Source: an uncultured Gemmatimonadota bacterium
GTDB lineage: Bacteria; 4572-55
Reading direction: 5' to 3'
Assembly (NCBI GenBank): GCA_964404765.1
Contig: CAYOLL010000004.1
Location: 1 to 34,314 of the forward strand
Length of the DNA stretch: 34,314 bases
Part shown: positions 32,276 to 34,314 of the stretch, one piece after another
Position numbering within the stretch: position 1 is the stretch's first letter
Layout of the letters: the number at the start of each line of letters is the position of its first letter
Notes under the pieces: model-generated
The model's database searches: none
The model's input: only the letters and a program-made list of their open reading frames with translations
What the model was told of the DNA's origin: nothing
Position numbers and translations under genes: made by a program

Positions 32276-33610
32276 TTAGCGCATCAATACCATACGTCGG
32301 GTTTCGATAGGTTTGCCATTAACCGACATTGCGTAGAAGTAGATGCCGCTGCCGGTTGGATCGCCCGCGTCATCCCGACCGTCCCAGGTTAGGCTATGCC
32401 GACCTTCCGCCAATGAATTGTCAACCAACGTGCGAATCCATTGACCGGCGGCATTATAAATGCGGATAACAACTTTTTGCGATTTTGGTAATGTCCAGGA
32501 AATGTTCGTCGATTGGGTAAAAGGGTTGGGATAGTTTTGGGTCAGTCGGGATGGCGAAGCCTGATTTTCCGGATCATCGGTTTCAATATTCAGCGGGTCG
32601 GCATAACGGAAGATGCGCCCGTTTTTGCAGCCAATCCAGAGCTGATCCGGGCCAAACACGGCAAAACCGGTCGCTTCCGCCGGCACAGTAAAGCGGCTTT
32701 GCCACGAGCGGCCCAAATCGCCGCTGAAATAAAATACAGTGCTGCCGTCAGTGACATGATACGCCCAACCGTTCCGGGCATTGTGAAATTGCCAGGAGCC
32801 GGGCAGAATAGCCGTGTCTGAAGTAATTTGAGTGGTGTCCCACGAAGCGCCGCCGTCTTGCGTTGTCAACAGCCAGATATTCGCTGCGCGTAAGAGGCCG
32901 GTTTGCTCGTCAAAAATATGGGCGTATTGGAAGGGTTCGAGCAATTTGTCAAGAAAATAACTGGCCATGAAAGTGATCCCCTTTGAGCTCCAAAGCCTAT
33001 CATTATTAAAGCGTGGGTCATTCGCATCCCAATATCGCTCGATTAACCAAATTAAATCCGGGGAACTGAAATCCCAGAAAGGAACATTCAAACCGGTATC
33101 AATGCCCCAATGATCTAAACCAAGCGAATAGTTCCAAGTTTTTCCTCCATCTCGTGTTTGGAGCAGGAACTCTATGCCACCGGGTTGACCGCCGCCGGCT
33201 CGTCCAATGCCAAACCAGCCGTTTTGCGCATCAAAAAATCGCGGCGGTTCTGCAAGATATTCTGTATAAACCTGGCTTGTATCCAGCAGATAGGAAGCAG
33301 TAGTCCAGGTTAAACCGTGGTCGGATGTGTAATTAAAGTAAACATTTGGACGGACATAATGCCAGATCCAGGCTTCGCTATCGGAAATTGCGTCAAAATC
33401 TCCTATCGCCAACGGCATCCAAGAAATGCCGGAATCGACGGTGTGATAGGTCTGATCGCTGCAAATCCAAACCGTTTGGGTCGAAAAGCCCTCAATTTTG
33501 GCAATATGGGCGGTGGTCGGCGATTGGATTTCCACCAGCGTGGGAACAGCCAATAAACAGGCCGGAAATTGGACAAACAGGCTGATGACAAGCATAAGCA
33601 AATTCTTCAT
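32276..33610 (-). CDS. Secreted BNR/Asp-box repeat protein with C-terminal T9SS sorting domain
   Basis: The signal peptide MKNLLMLVISLFVQFPACLLA is followed by four S/T-x-D-x-G-x-T/S-W Asp-box-like motifs (SDHGLTW, TRDGGKTW, TQDGGASW, SGDLGRSW). The C-terminal YPNPFTQSTNISW...VVIRIYNAAGQWIRTL...WDGRDDAGDPTGSGIYFYAM is a T9SS sorting domain. The ORF-track ATG at 33724 would overlap the upstream gene and lacks a signal peptide. Confidence 0.75.
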   Translation of the reverse strand: MKNLLMLVISLFVQFPACLLAVPTLVEIQSPTTAHIAKIEGFSTQTVWICSDQTYHTVDSGISWMPLAIGDFDAISDSEAWIWHYVRPNVYFNYTSDHGLTWTTASYLLDTSQVYTEYLAEPPRFFDAQNGWFGIGRAGGGQPGGIEFLLQTRDGGKTWNYSLGLDHWGIDTGLNVPFWDFSSPDLIWLIERYWDANDPRFNNDRLWSSKGITFMASYFLDKLLEPFQYAHIFDEQTGLLRAANIWLLTTQDGGASWDTTQITSDTAILPGSWQFHNARNGWAYHVTDGSTVFYFSGDLGRSWQSRFTVPAEATGFAVFGPDQLWIGCKNGRIFRYADPLNIETDDPENQASPSRLTQNYPNPFTQSTNISWTLPKSQKVVIRIYNAAGQWIRTLVDNSLAEGRHSLTWDGRDDAGDPTGSGIYFYAMSVNGKPIETRRMVLMR

Positions 33611-33677
33611 AAAAGCTCTTTCACTCCAAGATAGACCGACAAATATTCTATTCCTCCAAAACTCCACCACTCCGGCC

Positions 33678-34314
33678 CTAAAAACCATAAGCTTTGCGTC
33701 TTGCAACTCCCGCCGAAAAGCCATGTCCGCGCAACGTCATTTTGGGCAGTTTATCGGCTAATTCACGGTACGCGGCGCGGCTGACGGCGCGGCGTTCGCG
33801 GGTCAGGGTATGCCAGATGCCGGCTTCGTTACTCCAGGCTTGCGGCCACAGCGGCGTCGGATCGGGTTTGGGCGGCTGACGGCGCGGGGTGTAACGGCGC
33901 TGCTTCAGCGTCGTGGCCATTTCGCGGAAAATGCCGGGCCCGTAATGGTCATACCACAACAGCGTGTGGGCGGTGGACAGCGCGCCGGCCCAGGGATACC
34001 AGTGCAGCCACCAGCGGTCGCTCAGGCGGCCAAGTTCGTCGTCGATTCGGTCCCGCTCGCGGTCGGTTTTGGCCGGGCGTTGCTCGGTGTAAAATAAGCC
34101 GCTTTGGAAATCGTCACCGGCCACATGCCACGTTTCGCCGATGCCGTATTTTTCCGGGTGAAGGGCCACATCCGCACCGTGAGTCAGGCCGAATTGCCCG
34201 CAGATGAATAAGGCGATATGTTGATGATAATCGTGCAGAAATTGAATCGTGGCGCGCGCTTCTGCACAAGTTTCAGTCGGGAAGTCGGTAAAGCACATGG
34301 CTTCCACGGCAATG
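33678..34314 (-). CDS. Hypothetical protein, N-terminally truncated by the window edge (the listed start at 34307 is a GTG and the frame is open to the edge)
   Basis: A long minus-strand ORF with no recognised motifs: ...FLHDYHQHIALFICGQFGLTHGADVALHPEKYGIGETWHVAGDD... Confidence 0.45.
   Translation of the reverse strand, partial: IAVEAMCFTDFPTETCAEARATIQFLHDYHQHIALFICGQFGLTHGADVALHPEKYGIGETWHVAGDDFQSGLFYTEQRPAKTDRERDRIDDELGRLSDRWWLHWYPWAGALSTAHTLLWYDHYGPGIFREMATTLKQRRYTPRRQPPKPDPTPLWPQAWSNEAGIWHTLTRERRAVSRAAYRELADKLPKMTLRGHGFSAGVARRKAYGF

Noticed and set aside
33678-33724. ORF-track start at 33724 for the BNR protein (overlapping the upstream gene by 46 nt)
   Set aside because: The downstream Met at 33610 is followed by a canonical signal peptide and avoids the overlap; the longer N-terminus is not signal-like.
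1-34314. CRISPR arrays, rRNA/tRNA genes, integrases and transposases
   Set aside because: I found no regularly spaced direct repeats, no cloverleaf-like tRNA candidates in intergenic regions, and no recombinase motifs in any frame.

Overview
This is a 34.3-kb bacterial chromosomal window with about 50% GC. Most genes have Shine-Dalgarno sites, and three genes end in type-IX-secretion C-terminal sorting domains. No rRNA, tRNA, CRISPR array or transposase gene was found.

The centrepiece (about 3.5 to 13.9 kb) is a compact nitrogen-oxide respiration island. It starts with an Rrf2-family (NsrR/IscR-like) regulator and a heme O synthase on the minus strand. A plus-strand gene array follows:
- a heme-copper-oxidase (HCO) subunit-I-like paralog that lacks the CuB His-His pair;
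- a 50-aa single-TM protein;
- a 174-aa cupredoxin subunit II with a complete CuA motif;
- a 570-aa HCO subunit I with Gln at the position of the cross-linked active-site Tyr;
- a lipoprotein HiPIP;
- a Sco copper chaperone with an extra membrane domain;
- an unusual fusion of a di-heme cytochrome b, a 2x[4Fe-4S] ferredoxin and an MvhD-like domain;
- a copper nitrite reductase NirK with a C-terminal cytochrome c domain.
Together these look like a CuA-type, B-family-related NO reductase module (eNOR/sNOR/gNOR-like or a new clade) with its own electron-input proteins. The internal promoters of the array carry a repeated palindrome, GAGTGCAAAA-N-TTTTGCAC. A separate ATAGA-N8-TCTAT dyad pair sits next to the Rrf2 gene.

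The rest of the window encodes:
- a VapBC-like toxin-antitoxin pair at the left edge (toxin truncated);
- a 600-aa acidic, Trp-rich hypothetical protein;
- a 1058-aa ClpA-like double-AAA+ ATPase with a novel 470-aa TPR-containing N-terminal domain;
- ribosomal protein S20 with promoter and terminator;
- a secreted Reg_prop beta-propeller protein;
- AlkA, translationally coupled to a DUF503 gene;
- a subtilisin with a T9SS sorting domain;
- a 1263-aa TPR protein preceded by a 21-bp inverted repeat;
- two tandem Uma2-family (DUF820) nuclease paralogs with Lys/Pro-rich N-terminal tails;
- a 726-aa flotillin;
- CoaX;
- a standalone CZB zinc-binding domain protein;
- a BNR-repeat T9SS cargo protein;
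- a partial hypothetical gene at the right edge.
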